Positions 38,495-47,681 of a stretch of DNA of 64,000 nucleotides are shown piece after piece. The DNA is from Cenarchaeum sp. GTDB taxonomy: Archaea > Thermoproteota > Nitrososphaeria > Nitrososphaerales > Nitrosopumilaceae. Location of the stretch: contig OY843768.1 in NCBI GenBank assembly GCA_963693095.2, forward strand, positions 1,664,001 to 1,728,000, in the 5' to 3' direction. The notes below the pieces were generated by a model. The model was not told the origin of the DNA and made no database searches. It worked only from the letters and a program-made list of their open reading frames with translations. Each line of letters starts with the position of its first letter. Position 1 is the first letter of the stretch. A program made the position numbers and the translations under genes.

Positions 38495-41400
38495 GCATAG
38501 TCGGCAAGAACGGTCTGGTCCCCGCCTGCGCTCCCAAAGACGAGGTCTATCTCGCTGGCCATCATGTAGATTCGCCCGCGCAGGTAGCTCCCGACGTCGT
38601 ACGCGTCGACTAGGCGCGTGGCCATCTTTAGGTACTTTTCGACTGACGGGCGCGTTATCGTCGCGATGAGCTCGTTTGAGCAGTGCTTGCCGTTGACCGT
38701 GTTGATGCACTTGCGCGCAAGGGGCACGCGGCGGTACTTTGTGCCGCATTTTGTGCAGCGAAAGTCCTGCGTCGCGTACGCGCGAAGGTTGCCGGTGAGG
38801 TCCGGAATGAGGTGGGTCGATATCACGTTGGAGACGATCTCTGAGGTGTCGACGGCGTTTATGAGGTCGGCCACGCGTATCTGCATCTCTAGCTTTTCGT
38901 CCATCGAGTTTAGCGTAGAGTATGCGCTGCGGAGGCGCGATGTCACAAGCGACGTCGTCTCATGCGTGAACGCATACTCCCCGTACTGGCTAGCCTTGCC
39001 GATGCGCGACTTTACCGTCTCGACGCACGTTACGTCAGTCGCCTTTGGGGCCTTGAGCGTCGCCTCAAAGAACTCGAGTGGCAGCGAGTCGACCACCTCG
39101 AGGTTGTGGGCCTGGGACTGTGCCTCGTGCGGGAGGACGCGCGGCTGTATGAGGAGCGGCGCGTCCATGAGGCCCCCAATCCGGTCAGAGAGGAACTGGC
39201 GCGAAAAGTTGAGAAAGACGTCCATGAGCATCATCAGCGCGTCAGCATCGCCGTCAGCATCGCGCCTCTTGGCCGAGTGCCAGTTGGGCGTGCCGAGGCA
39301 GACGTGCGTTGCCGCAAAGCCGACCACGCGCGTCACGATTCCCACCGACGTGTGCGGCGCGAGCCCGACGATGATGTGGCCGACGAGGTCGTCCCTGGTC
39401 TTTGCGCCATAATACGGCTTTACGCTATAAAGGCGCTCAAGCTCGGCGTCGACATACTGGCACGCCCTGAGGAGGTAGTCGGCTGCGCCATCGGGTATGA
39501 TCGCGTCCTGCGTGAACAGCTCGACTAGCTGTGAGGGCTCAGTCAGCGGCCGGCCCGACGTGTCCTTTTCGTAGCCGAGCTCCCTGAGGCGGGCCGGCGA
39601 GACGCCTGCCCACTCTGGCCTAAAGTGCGTCAGCGGCGCGTTTGTCGCCTCGTATCTCACGGTCCCGTCCTTGAAGGCGTTGAGGTCGTGGGCCTGCCGC
39701 AGAAGGCCCTTCTCTATGGGCTCGGCGACCTTGCCGTGGCCTGCGAGGCTAGTGACGCCCTTGAGGGGCTCACGCGCCCTTGTCCGGACGCGCTCCTGGG
39801 CCGCGGCGAGGACGCGCTTTAGCGGATAGCGCCTGTGCGCATGCGAGATCGTCTTGCGCTTGCAGCGCGGGCAGCGCTCCTCGTCAGTCTCCACGGCGCA
39901 GCGGCCGCAGCGCCGCGTGGTCTTGGTCGCACCGCCGCACTCGCACCTTGTCGACACGGACGCCTCGCCGCACTCCTCGCACGTGCGGTTTGAGATGTCC
40001 GCAAAGAACTCGTCCTTGGCCACGGCGGCCTTTGCGATGCTGCGCGTCGGCCCGCCGTCATCGCCGACCGGAAAGAGGACGTGGGCGGGGGGCTTCATCT
40101 TGCGCGCGGCGGCCTTTTCGGGCCGGCCCATGCGCACGCCGACTGATGTCGAGAACTTTGGCCGGATCTCGATGCCCGATGCGGCCGTTATGGCCCCAAT
40201 GACGCCGTCAGCGGCGCCCGCGTCAGGGCGGCTCGAGAAGAGGAGGGCCTCAAAGACGCCGGCCTCGTCGCCCTCCAAGACGCACCTTCCGTCGTCGTTC
40301 CTGTGCGGAACCGCAAGGCGCTCGAGGAGCTTTTTTGCGGCCGGCCCGTACACGATGCGGCCCTCGGCGCGCGACTCGGGGGAGAGGAGCGTCTCAAGGC
40401 CCTCAACGGAGACGGCCTCCCAGTAGTGGAGGTATGCGGGATGGAGCGGCATGCCCGAGGAGCGCGAGATCTCCAGGGCCGCCTCGAGCGTCGGGCGGCC
40501 CGCGGCGAGTATTGGGCCGGCGGCCTCCTCGCCGAGCCTCTCGCGCAGCTCGGCGACCCACCACTCCTCGACGTATCCGGACGGGGGCATCTGCGCGCTG
40601 TTCTCGACAAAGTCGCCAAAGGAGACGAGAATGTCGCCTAGGTGGAGTATCTCCTCGATCTCGGTCTTTATTGACATGCCGTGGGCCGCGTCGCGCACCT
40701 TGATGACATCGCCCCCCTTTAGGCGGACCGTCGGCGCCTCTATCGAGTCCACAAAGGCCACCGTGGCGCCCTTGCCGGGAACGTCCGTCTTTACCTGCGT
40801 GCCCACGGCTATCGCGTGGTCGAGTATCTCGGCGACAGCGGGGTGAAGGCCGACGGACGTAAAGCCCGTGTTGCACGCGCGCCCATAGCGGAGCCTAAAG
40901 CCGCCAAGCGTGTTGGGCTTTGAGAGGACGGGGCGGCCCGTGATGACCTCCCTCATGCGCTTCATCGCCGCCGTGTCGTCCTCGTCCTCGGCCCCGAGCT
41001 TTGCCTCTGCGCCCTTTAGCTCGCCAAGCCACTCCCAGCCCGAGATGCCATAGCGCTCGACCCTCTGGCGGAGCTTTTTGGAGCGGCCGATGAGCCCGTC
41101 GTTGAGCACGCGGAGCGCCCCGCCGCGCACGCGGTCAGTCTTTATGCGGGCCATGCCCTTGTGGTTGACGACCTCGTAAGAGTCCGTGTCCACGCCGTCG
41201 AGCTCGACGGGCAGGTTCGTTATCACCTTGACGATGTCCTCGTCGACTACGCGGTACTGAAAGTTGGAGGCCTCGCGCTCGTATATCCGGAGCTCCTCCA
41301 CAAAGCGGCCCGACTCGTCATCAAACGAGTTGGCCTTGTACTTTGCCAGGTTTCCCGCCTGCCTCACGTGATCCGCTATGAGCATCGTGACGGCCGACTC

Positions 41401-41883
41401 TGTGCCCCCGGCCGACCTCATCGGGCCGGCGATCGAGAGTGAGAGGTACTCGGAGCCGTCCCTGTTCCTTTTTATGGAAATGTCGGCGATTCCCTGGAGT
41501 GGGGCGATCGTGACGCCCTCGGTCACCGTGGCCAGGCCCACACGCACGGCCCTATCGAGGCGGTCTATGAGCTCCGAGCCCTCAGGCATGTGGCTTCCCA
41601 GGGCGATCTCTTGCGCTATGATGAGGGCCGCGTGCTCCTTGCCCTTCTCGGCGAGGAGGTCCCTCAGGCGGTCAGCGACGTCAATGTCGAGCATCTTTGA
41701 GACGCGGTCGGCCAGGTCGTGGGCCAGAAGCGCATCTATCTTGGGCGTAGAGTCGGCCATGGAGTTTTTGGCCTCCCTGGCGTGGGCGAGTGCGCGCTCG
41801 GTCTCGGCGACAAGGGAGTCATAGTAGGCGCGGTAGTGGGGCGGCATCTCCGGGCCGCCTAGTGAGACTGCCGTGCTAGGCAC
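38491..41883 (-). CDS. polC: DNA polymerase D large subunit DP2
   Basis: AGPMRSAGGT, GGFRLRYGR, RMGRPEK, KRRDADGDAD, C-terminal Zn finger. Confidence 0.96.
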   Translation of the reverse strand: MPSTAVSLGGPEMPPHYRAYYDSLVAETERALAHAREAKNSMADSTPKIDALLAHDLADRVSKMLDIDVADRLRDLLAEKGKEHAALIIAQEIALGSHMPEGSELIDRLDRAVRVGLATVTEGVTIAPLQGIADISIKRNRDGSEYLSLSIAGPMRSAGGTESAVTMLIADHVRQAGNLAKYKANSFDDESGRFVEELRIYEREASNFQYRVVDEDIVKVITNLPVELDGVDTDSYEVVNHKGMARIKTDRVRGGALRVLNDGLIGRSKKLRQRVERYGISGWEWLGELKGAEAKLGAEDEDDTAAMKRMREVITGRPVLSKPNTLGGFRLRYGRACNTGFTSVGLHPAVAEILDHAIAVGTQVKTDVPGKGATVAFVDSIEAPTVRLKGGDVIKVRDAAHGMSIKTEIEEILHLGDILVSFGDFVENSAQMPPSGYVEEWWVAELRERLGEEAAGPILAAGRPTLEAALEISRSSGMPLHPAYLHYWEAVSVEGLETLLSPESRAEGRIVYGPAAKKLLERLAVPHRNDDGRCVLEGDEAGVFEALLFSSRPDAGAADGVIGAITAASGIEIRPKFSTSVGVRMGRPEKAAARKMKPPAHVLFPVGDDGGPTRSIAKAAVAKDEFFADISNRTCEECGEASVSTRCECGGATKTTRRCGRCAVETDEERCPRCKRKTISHAHRRYPLKRVLAAAQERVRTRAREPLKGVTSLAGHGKVAEPIEKGLLRQAHDLNAFKDGTVRYEATNAPLTHFRPEWAGVSPARLRELGYEKDTSGRPLTEPSQLVELFTQDAIIPDGAADYLLRACQYVDAELERLYSVKPYYGAKTRDDLVGHIIVGLAPHTSVGIVTRVVGFAATHVCLGTPNWHSAKRRDADGDADALMMLMDVFLNFSRQFLSDRIGGLMDAPLLIQPRVLPHEAQSQAHNLEVVDSLPLEFFEATLKAPKATDVTCVETVKSRIGKASQYGEYAFTHETTSLVTSRLRSAYSTLNSMDEKLEMQIRVADLINAVDTSEIVSNVISTHLIPDLTGNLRAYATQDFRCTKCGTKYRRVPLARKCINTVNGKHCSNELIATITRPSVEKYLKMATRLVDAYDVGSYLRGRIYMMASEIDLVFGSAGGDQTVLADYA

Positions 41884-42643
41884 GCCTGCCCCCCGAGCCG
41901 AGCGCGCGGGCGATCGCCGAGAGGCGCCTCAGGCCCGATGCGCCAGAGCCCTCTAGGAGCGTCCCTATGACGAGGGCGTCGGCTCCGGCGTCGGCCAGCT
42001 GGCGCGCCGTCTTTGCGTCGCGGATGCCCCCGCCGACTATGATAATCCCGTCAAAGACCCCCCTGACGGCCTTGACCATCGAGGCCTCCACGCTCCTCTT
42101 GGCGCCCGAGCCGGCCTCGAGATACACGAGGCGCATTCCCAGAAACTTGGCCGCTAGCGCGTATGCGGCAGCGATGCGCGGCTTGTCGTGGGGGATGCCC
42201 CGGGCCGAGCCGACAAACCACGCAGACGTTCCCTCGCCCACAACGAGGTACGCCGTCGGCAGCGCCTCGAGGCCAAACTTTAGGACACTCGGCGCGCCGA
42301 GGGCCTGGGCCTGTGTGATAAAGTAGGGGTTCTCCGAGTTCATCAGCGAGCTGAACAGTATCGCGTCGGCCTCTGGAACGACGCCGGTGACGTTGCCGGG
42401 AAAGAGAATGACGGGGATCTTTGTGGCCGCCTTTATGGAGCTGACCGTCTGCGCCATGCCCATCTGGTCCGTCGCCGAGGAGCCGCCCACGAGGATCGCC
42501 GAGGCGCCGAGGCGTTCGGCCTCCGAGGCCAGCCGTGCTGCCTCCTTGCCGTCAGAGGACTCCGAGTCGACTAGAACCAGGATCGCCGCGCGTGCGCGCT
42601 TGGCCTGCTCGCCAAGGTATCGCTCCGTACGCCCCACGGTCAT
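41876..42643 (-). CDS. Geranylgeranylglyceryl phosphate synthase
   Basis: ILVGGSS, ILFPG, YLEAGSGA, VGGGIR. Confidence 0.92.
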   Translation of the reverse strand: MTVGRTERYLGEQAKRARAAILVLVDSESSDGKEAARLASEAERLGASAILVGGSSATDQMGMAQTVSSIKAATKIPVILFPGNVTGVVPEADAILFSSLMNSENPYFITQAQALGAPSVLKFGLEALPTAYLVVGEGTSAWFVGSARGIPHDKPRIAAAYALAAKFLGMRLVYLEAGSGAKRSVEASMVKAVRGVFDGIIIVGGGIRDAKTARQLADAGADALVIGTLLEGSGASGLRRLSAIARALGSGGRRA

Positions 42644-42695
42644 CGGCGCCGCGCCGTGGGGCTCTGCTTTAAAGTCTAATCCACCGCCCGTGGCA

Positions 42696-43787
42696 TGTAT
42701 TGTACAAAAAGTAGGAGCGGGGGCCAGAGGGCTTGCCGGGCGCGGATCCGGGAGCCCGCGGAGGGCCTTCGGGTCCGGCAGGCTGCCGAAACACACGTTT
42801 GGGGGCCTCCGGCGCCGGCGCGCCATGCCGGTCAGGAGGCTGGACGCGCGGGCGCTCCGGTACATCGCGAGGACGCTTGCGACCAGGAGCACCGGGGCAG
42901 TGGCGCGCGAGCTGGGGATCTCGCCGTCGTGGGCCCGCAAGCTCCGCGCGCACTGCCGGCGGACCGGCGCGCCGCCGGAGCCGCGGCCGATGGGGAGGCC
43001 GCGCAGGCCGATCACGCGGGAGCAGGCCGACGAGGTCCTCGCCGCGCACTCGCGCGACCCCGTCGGCGTGGTGCACCTGGTCAGGCTCATGCGGCTCAAC
43101 AACTCAAAAATAGCGTACGGCGCGGCGTACCGCATATTGTCTGCGGAGGGACTGGTCAGCAGCTCGCCGGCGAGGTCGAGGAGGCGCAAGTGGGTGAGGT
43201 TCGAGAGAAAGTACTCCAACGCGATGTGGCACGTGGACTGGCACATAATGAAATACGGCCCCCTGAGGGGCTCGCACCTCATAGTGTTCCTCGACGACGC
43301 GTCGAGGTGCGTGACGGGGTTCGGTGTCTTCCCCGAGGCCACGTCGGGCAACACTGTGCTCGTGCTGCACCACGCGATCGGGAGGTTCGGCAAGCCGGCG
43401 CAGGTGCTCTCGGACCACGGGACGCAGTTCACGGCGAGCCGGCGCGGCGCCCCGCGCCGCAGCTGGAAGCCGACGCTCTTCGAGCGGGAGCTGCTCGACG
43501 CCGGGATAAAGCACGTCATGGCGCGCGTCGGCCACCCCCAGACCAACGGCAAGGTCGAGAGGTTCTTCCGGACGCTCGAGACGGAGATCGACCGCCATGG
43601 CGGGGTCGCCGAGTTCATCGGGCACTACAACGAGGAGAGGCTCCACTTCTCCCTCGACATGGAGACCGGCGAGACGCCCCTGCTGGCCTTCAGGAGGCGG
43701 AGGGCCGACGGGCGGGTCCGGGCGGAGAACCCAGGGTGGATGGAGGTGGACTCGGATGGGTAGCGCTCCTACTTTCCGTATAATACA
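42696..43787 (+). mobile_element. IS481-family insertion sequence with 15-bp target duplication
   Basis: TIRs TGTATTGTACAAAAAGTAGGAGCG / CGCTCCTACTTTCCGTATAATACA; flanking CCACCGCCCGTGGCA at 42681-95 and 43788-802. Confidence 0.92.
42825..43763 (+). CDS. IS481 transposase (rve integrase core)
   Basis: HTH, WHVDW, LDDASR, SDHGTQF, PQTNGKVER. Confidence 0.92.
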   Translation: MPVRRLDARALRYIARTLATRSTGAVARELGISPSWARKLRAHCRRTGAPPEPRPMGRPRRPITREQADEVLAAHSRDPVGVVHLVRLMRLNNSKIAYGAAYRILSAEGLVSSSPARSRRRKWVRFERKYSNAMWHVDWHIMKYGPLRGSHLIVFLDDASRCVTGFGVFPEATSGNTVLVLHHAIGRFGKPAQVLSDHGTQFTASRRGAPRRSWKPTLFERELLDAGIKHVMARVGHPQTNGKVERFFRTLETEIDRHGGVAEFIGHYNEERLHFSLDMETGETPLLAFRRRRADGRVRAENPGWMEVDSDG

Positions 43788-43799
43788 CCACCGCCCGTG

Positions 43800-43911
43800 G
43801 CACGAGGTCAGCGCCTCTGCCAGTTCATGCCTAGGCAGGCGCCGAGGTGGCAGGTAGATCGACAGAATGCGCCTATTTGACCAAAGGGGGTGGGGGGTGC
43901 TGGCTCCATGT
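43800..43911. mobile_element. MITE copy 6 (112 bp), TSD matching at 7/8 ((C/T)GCCCGTG)
   Basis: GCACGAGGTCAGCGCC...GGTGCTGGCTCCATGT; flanks 43792-99 and 43912-19. Confidence 0.8.
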
Positions 43912-44109
43912 TGCCCGTGGGGCGCCCTGTACGAAGAGTAGACTGGGTGCCTGCCTGGCGTAGATCCGGGGCTTTGGAAGGCCGTCGGGCGGGTAGGGCG
44001 CTGCCTTGTACCAAGAGTGGGCTGGGTGGGGGCATTTCCGGGCACGATGTCCAGGGTGCGCCTCGCGTTCAACGTTTAATTGGCCCATGTTATACCGTTT
44101 TGTATAGCT

Positions 44110-44472
44110 ATGAGCGACCCCGAGTCACACGAGTTTAATGCCGTAATCAAGCATATTATACAAAAATCGCTGTTTACAGAGCGCCAAGTTCAAATTATTC
44201 TAAGACAGCAGCGACGCGCCGGGGTTGGTTTTGGCATAAGCAGAGGCGCGTATTACAGGCAGGCAAGCCAATCTAGGGACAAAATGGGACGTCTCTACTA
44301 TACGATCAGTCTTTTGTGGGGTCTTGGCGTTCTCGAGCCTCGTGATATTGATGTGATGTCTCATCTTGCAGAACAGATCAAAGGTCTCAAAGATAGTGAT
44401 ATTTTAGGTGGTCGTGAGGAGGACATCACACAGGTGCTTGACAAAATTGTCAGTCAGGCGTGTAATGTGTGA
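44110..44472 (+). CDS. Hypothetical protein, HTH-like
   Basis: SLFTERQVQII..ISRGAYYRQ. Confidence 0.7.
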   Translation: MSDPESHEFNAVIKHIIQKSLFTERQVQIILRQQRRAGVGFGISRGAYYRQASQSRDKMGRLYYTISLLWGLGVLEPRDIDVMSHLAEQIKGLKDSDILGGREEDITQVLDKIVSQACNV

Positions 44473-44587
44473 TATTATGCGTCACTCTAGCCACAAATAT
44501 CGTGATTTTAAGGTGTGATGTAGTTGTCTAAATAGTGAATTTGTGTTGTTCTATCACAATATATCACAGTATGTTTGTGACTTGCCC

Positions 44588-45178
44588 ATGCAGGTCGAGA
44601 TTCCTGACCCCAACGTCCTTCTTGGGCTGGCCACGGCGTTTGTGATCGGCCTTTTAGTCATAATTATACTCAACAAGGTGCGTCCATATGTGAATTTGAG
44701 CCCAAAGGGTGATGGGGAGTGGCGCGCCTCGCGTATTGACGAGTACGAGCGCCAGTTGGTAGAGATGAAAATTCGTCTAGACGCAGCAGGCATTGGGAGT
44801 GTGACTGGTGATGTGACTAGTATATCACAAGATGTTGTGGGGGTGGCAGAGTCCGGATCGGAGACTGCCGTGGTTGACCAAAACAAGGCTAAAACCACGC
44901 CTAAATCGCCCCAACAACCAACATCGGTGGCTCAAGAGACTAATCACGTCACATATCACAACGCCACAGAGCAGGTGTTGCATATGGTCACAACCAGTGC
45001 AAAAACATCACGTGATATTCAAGCCGCCCTGGGTAAGAGTAGGGAGCACACTGCTAGACTCCTCAAAAAACTCTATGATGCGGGACTTGTTGAAAGGAAC
45101 GCAAAGTCGCGACCATACACCTACTCTATCACAGAGAGCGGTCAAAGGCGGCTTGGATCTGCAGACGGTCAGTTATAG
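44588..45178 (+). CDS. Membrane-anchored winged-helix DNA-binding protein
   Basis: N-terminal TM, coiled coil, low-complexity linker, C-terminal TSRDIQAALGKSREHTARLLKKL..GLVER..YSIT. Confidence 0.8.
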   Translation: MQVEIPDPNVLLGLATAFVIGLLVIIILNKVRPYVNLSPKGDGEWRASRIDEYERQLVEMKIRLDAAGIGSVTGDVTSISQDVVGVAESGSETAVVDQNKAKTTPKSPQQPTSVAQETNHVTYHNATEQVLHMVTTSAKTSRDIQAALGKSREHTARLLKKLYDAGLVERNAKSRPYTYSITESGQRRLGSADGQL

Positions 45179-45351
45179 AGCCCCCCATGGTGATGCCGGT
45201 TGTAGGTTGTGGTGGGTTGTGGTGATGTTGGGCTGTAATGCGCCCAGGCCGATATTTTGGGGGGATGAATTAGTGAAGCCGTGCGCCATTTTATTATTAT
45301 TTAATAAAATAATAAATTATAATATATGAGTATTAATGATATATATTATCA

Positions 45352-45510
45352 ATGTTTGGGGGGGTGCGCGTGCTAGTCAAGATCACCGCGGCCGGAACCA
45401 TCACGATTCCGAAGCAGATGAGGCGGTATATGGATGTGCGCCGCGGTGACTATGTAAAGGTCGATCTAGAGGGAGATCGCCTAGTTGTCACTAAGGCCGT
45501 GGTGTCGTAA
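45352..45510 (+). CDS. AbrB/MazE/SpoVT-type DNA-binding protein (52 aa, below the ORF-track cutoff)
   Basis: VKITAAGTITIPKQMRRYMDVRRGDYVKVDLEGDRLVV. Confidence 0.85.
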   Translation: MFGGVRVLVKITAAGTITIPKQMRRYMDVRRGDYVKVDLEGDRLVVTKAVVS

Positions 45511-45904
45511 GGGGCAGGCGTTGTGGTAGGATGGCCCTGTCGGCGGCTCTGTATGACCACTCGCGGCCGTTTCGTGTGCGCGTTAGGCGGCCCCTGTGCG
45601 TAAAACGCGCCAGATAGGTCGAGATCACGCTCAGTTTTATGGGTAGGTTATACTCGTCCTCGTACTTTTCGAGTATTGTGGAGGAGGTAAATTTGCCTAT
45701 TGGGTAGTTCCTCTCAACTATGGCCCATATGCGACCCCCCACACTGTCAGGCGTCTGGCCTTCTGGGGGCGCCTCGACATCGACGAGATTCATGGTCTCA
45801 AACACCTTTAGGATCTTCTCCCTGGTGACTTTACCAGTCACGGTCATGCGAAAAACGGCTCCCTCGTCGTCCTCAACATCAATGGTCACCTTTCTCTTTG
45901 CCAT
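45491..45904 (-). CDS. Hypothetical protein with C-terminal winged helix
   Basis: FTSSTILEKYE..IKLSVISTYLARF..GRLTR..WSY. Confidence 0.75.
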   Translation of the reverse strand: MAKRKVTIDVEDDEGAVFRMTVTGKVTREKILKVFETMNLVDVEAPPEGQTPDSVGGRIWAIVERNYPIGKFTSSTILEKYEDEYNLPIKLSVISTYLARFTHRGRLTRTRNGREWSYRAADRAILPQRLPLTTPRP

Positions 45905-45914
45905 TGGGACACAG

Positions 45915-46400
45915 CCCGAAACCCCCCTTACACTTGAAACGATCCGATCAGATTTGTTAACGTTATACGTTGTTAATATTGCCTGCCTGGCCTAGGCGTG
46001 TGGTGCCATGGCCTGTTCACACCCTGTCGCCATACCCACCCCCAAATACCCCATAAATTCACGCCTAGAGTGGAAATAAGGGGGTCAAAACGGCTTGTTA
46101 ACATAGTTAAGAGGTAAATTCACGCCTAGAGTGGAAATAAGGGGGTCAAAACGGCCTTTTTTGGTCTCTTGTTCACACAGTCTTGACTGTGTGTGAACGT
46201 CATCAGAATTCACGCCTCGTCGGCTCCTCCCACAACCCACACACCACCATTTCCACTCCTTTTTCTTTCATTTTTTTTCTAAAAATACAAGATAGAGATG
46301 AGATGAGGGGTAAGAAAAGGAATGATGTGGAGTGGAAGGGAAGGTGTGTGGGTTTGGATCACTGAAACGATCCGTCTTGTTAAATTAAGCTAGGGGATCA
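45915..46400. other. Probable chromosomal replication origin (oriC)
   Basis: Upstream of cdc6; ORB-like GAGTGGAAATAAGGGGG twice; inverted TTTCCACTCC (~46250) and GAGTGGAAGGGAAGG (~46330) flanking a T/A-rich tract. Confidence 0.8.
46054..46155 (+). repeat. Two identical 41-bp direct repeats containing ORBs
   Basis: TAAATTCACGCCTAGAGTGGAAATAAGGGGGTCAAAACGGC at 46054 and 46115. Confidence 0.92.
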
Positions 46401-46436
46401 TTTCAAGAGGTGGGGCTGCGACCCCACGATCTCAAA

Positions 46437-47654
46437 ATGAGCACGACCACACTCGACCCACTAGATCGCCTCTTAGAGGCCGCAGAGAGCGGGACTGCGA
46501 TCATACGCAACAGGGAGGTTCTGCGGTCTGACTATATGCCAAAGATGATTAGGCACCGCGACGAGGAGCAAGAGCTAGTCGCCCAGACGCTCCTTCCAAT
46601 ACTAAAGCGCGCCCGCCCATCAAACCTCCTAGTCTATGGCCGCCCCGGAACGGGCAAGACGCTCGTTGTGAGGCGCGTCCTTTTAAAAATCCAAGAGAGG
46701 GCCGCAACTGGCGACTTTCCAATCAGGCTGGTGTATGCCAACTCCAAGAACGAGACGACAATGTATGCGCTTCTTGTAAGTTTTGGCCGCCAGCTGGGCC
46801 TTAATGAAAAGAGGATTCCCACCACGGGCCTCTCAATAAGCGAGGTCTTTAAACGCCTAATCAGCGAGATCAACAAGAGGTCGATTAACGCCGTGTTTGT
46901 GATTGACGAGATCGACCACCTCGCGCGCCTCACCTCCAAATCCCACAAGGACATACTCTATCAGATGACCAGGGCCAACGAGCTCCTTGATGGCGGCTCG
47001 CTCACCCTCGTGGGCATATCCAACGACCTCGCCTTCAAGGACGGCCTGGATCCGCGCGTGATCAGCAGCCTGGGCGAGGAGGAGATCGTCTTTGCGAGCT
47101 ATACGACCGACCAGATACGCCGCATATTGGAGGAGCGCATCGCCGACGCCCTCGTCGGCCCCAACACCGTCGAGGAGGCCGCGCTTCACCTCTGCGCAGC
47201 AAAGGCCGGCAGCGAGCACGGCGACGCGCGACGCGCCATCGACACGCTTCGTGTGGCCGCCGAGGCCGCCGAACGCGCCGGCGCGCTGACAATATCCCAA
47301 GACCACGTTCTCACGGCCGCAGCAAAGATGGAGGAGAGAAAAGAGGTCGCCGCGCTGCGCTCCTACCCACTCCACGAAAAGCTCCTCGTCATAGCCGTGA
47401 TGAAGTCCAGTGGGGCCTCAACGGGGGAGATATACGCCGCATACCGCGACCTCTGCAGGCGCACGGGCCAAAAGAACCTCACACAGAGGCGCGCAACGCA
47501 GATGCTCAGCGAGATAGAGATGTCCGGGATAGCCTCCGGCCGGATCACGCACCAGGGCATGCACGGCCGAACCAAAAAATTCAAGCTCCTCGTCGCCACC
47601 GAGACTGTCACCGAGGCGTTCGGCGAGGATCTTGCGCTCTCTGACCTGCTCTAG
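46437..47654 (+). CDS. cdc6: Orc1/Cdc6 replication initiator
   Basis: YGRPGTGKT, VIDEID, GDARRAID, C-terminal wHTH. Confidence 0.95.
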   Translation: MSTTTLDPLDRLLEAAESGTAIIRNREVLRSDYMPKMIRHRDEEQELVAQTLLPILKRARPSNLLVYGRPGTGKTLVVRRVLLKIQERAATGDFPIRLVYANSKNETTMYALLVSFGRQLGLNEKRIPTTGLSISEVFKRLISEINKRSINAVFVIDEIDHLARLTSKSHKDILYQMTRANELLDGGSLTLVGISNDLAFKDGLDPRVISSLGEEEIVFASYTTDQIRRILEERIADALVGPNTVEEAALHLCAAKAGSEHGDARRAIDTLRVAAEAAERAGALTISQDHVLTAAAKMEERKEVAALRSYPLHEKLLVIAVMKSSGASTGEIYAAYRDLCRRTGQKNLTQRRATQMLSEIEMSGIASGRITHQGMHGRTKKFKLLVATETVTEAFGEDLALSDLL

Positions 47655-47681
47655 GCCGGCACCGCGCCGACTGGCGCGACC

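Noticed and set aside
38491-41883. Intein in PolD DP2
   Set aside because: Normal length; no intein splice motifs seen
41876-43763. Long ORFs 41876..43618 (-) and 42387..43763 (+) as GGGPS/transposase fusions
   Set aside because: Extensions cross the IS boundary and are GC-rich antisense readings; real starts are 42643 and 42825
46054-46155. 41-bp direct repeats as a CRISPR array
   Set aside because: Only two repeats with a 20-bp spacer; ORB-like content next to cdc6; no cas genes
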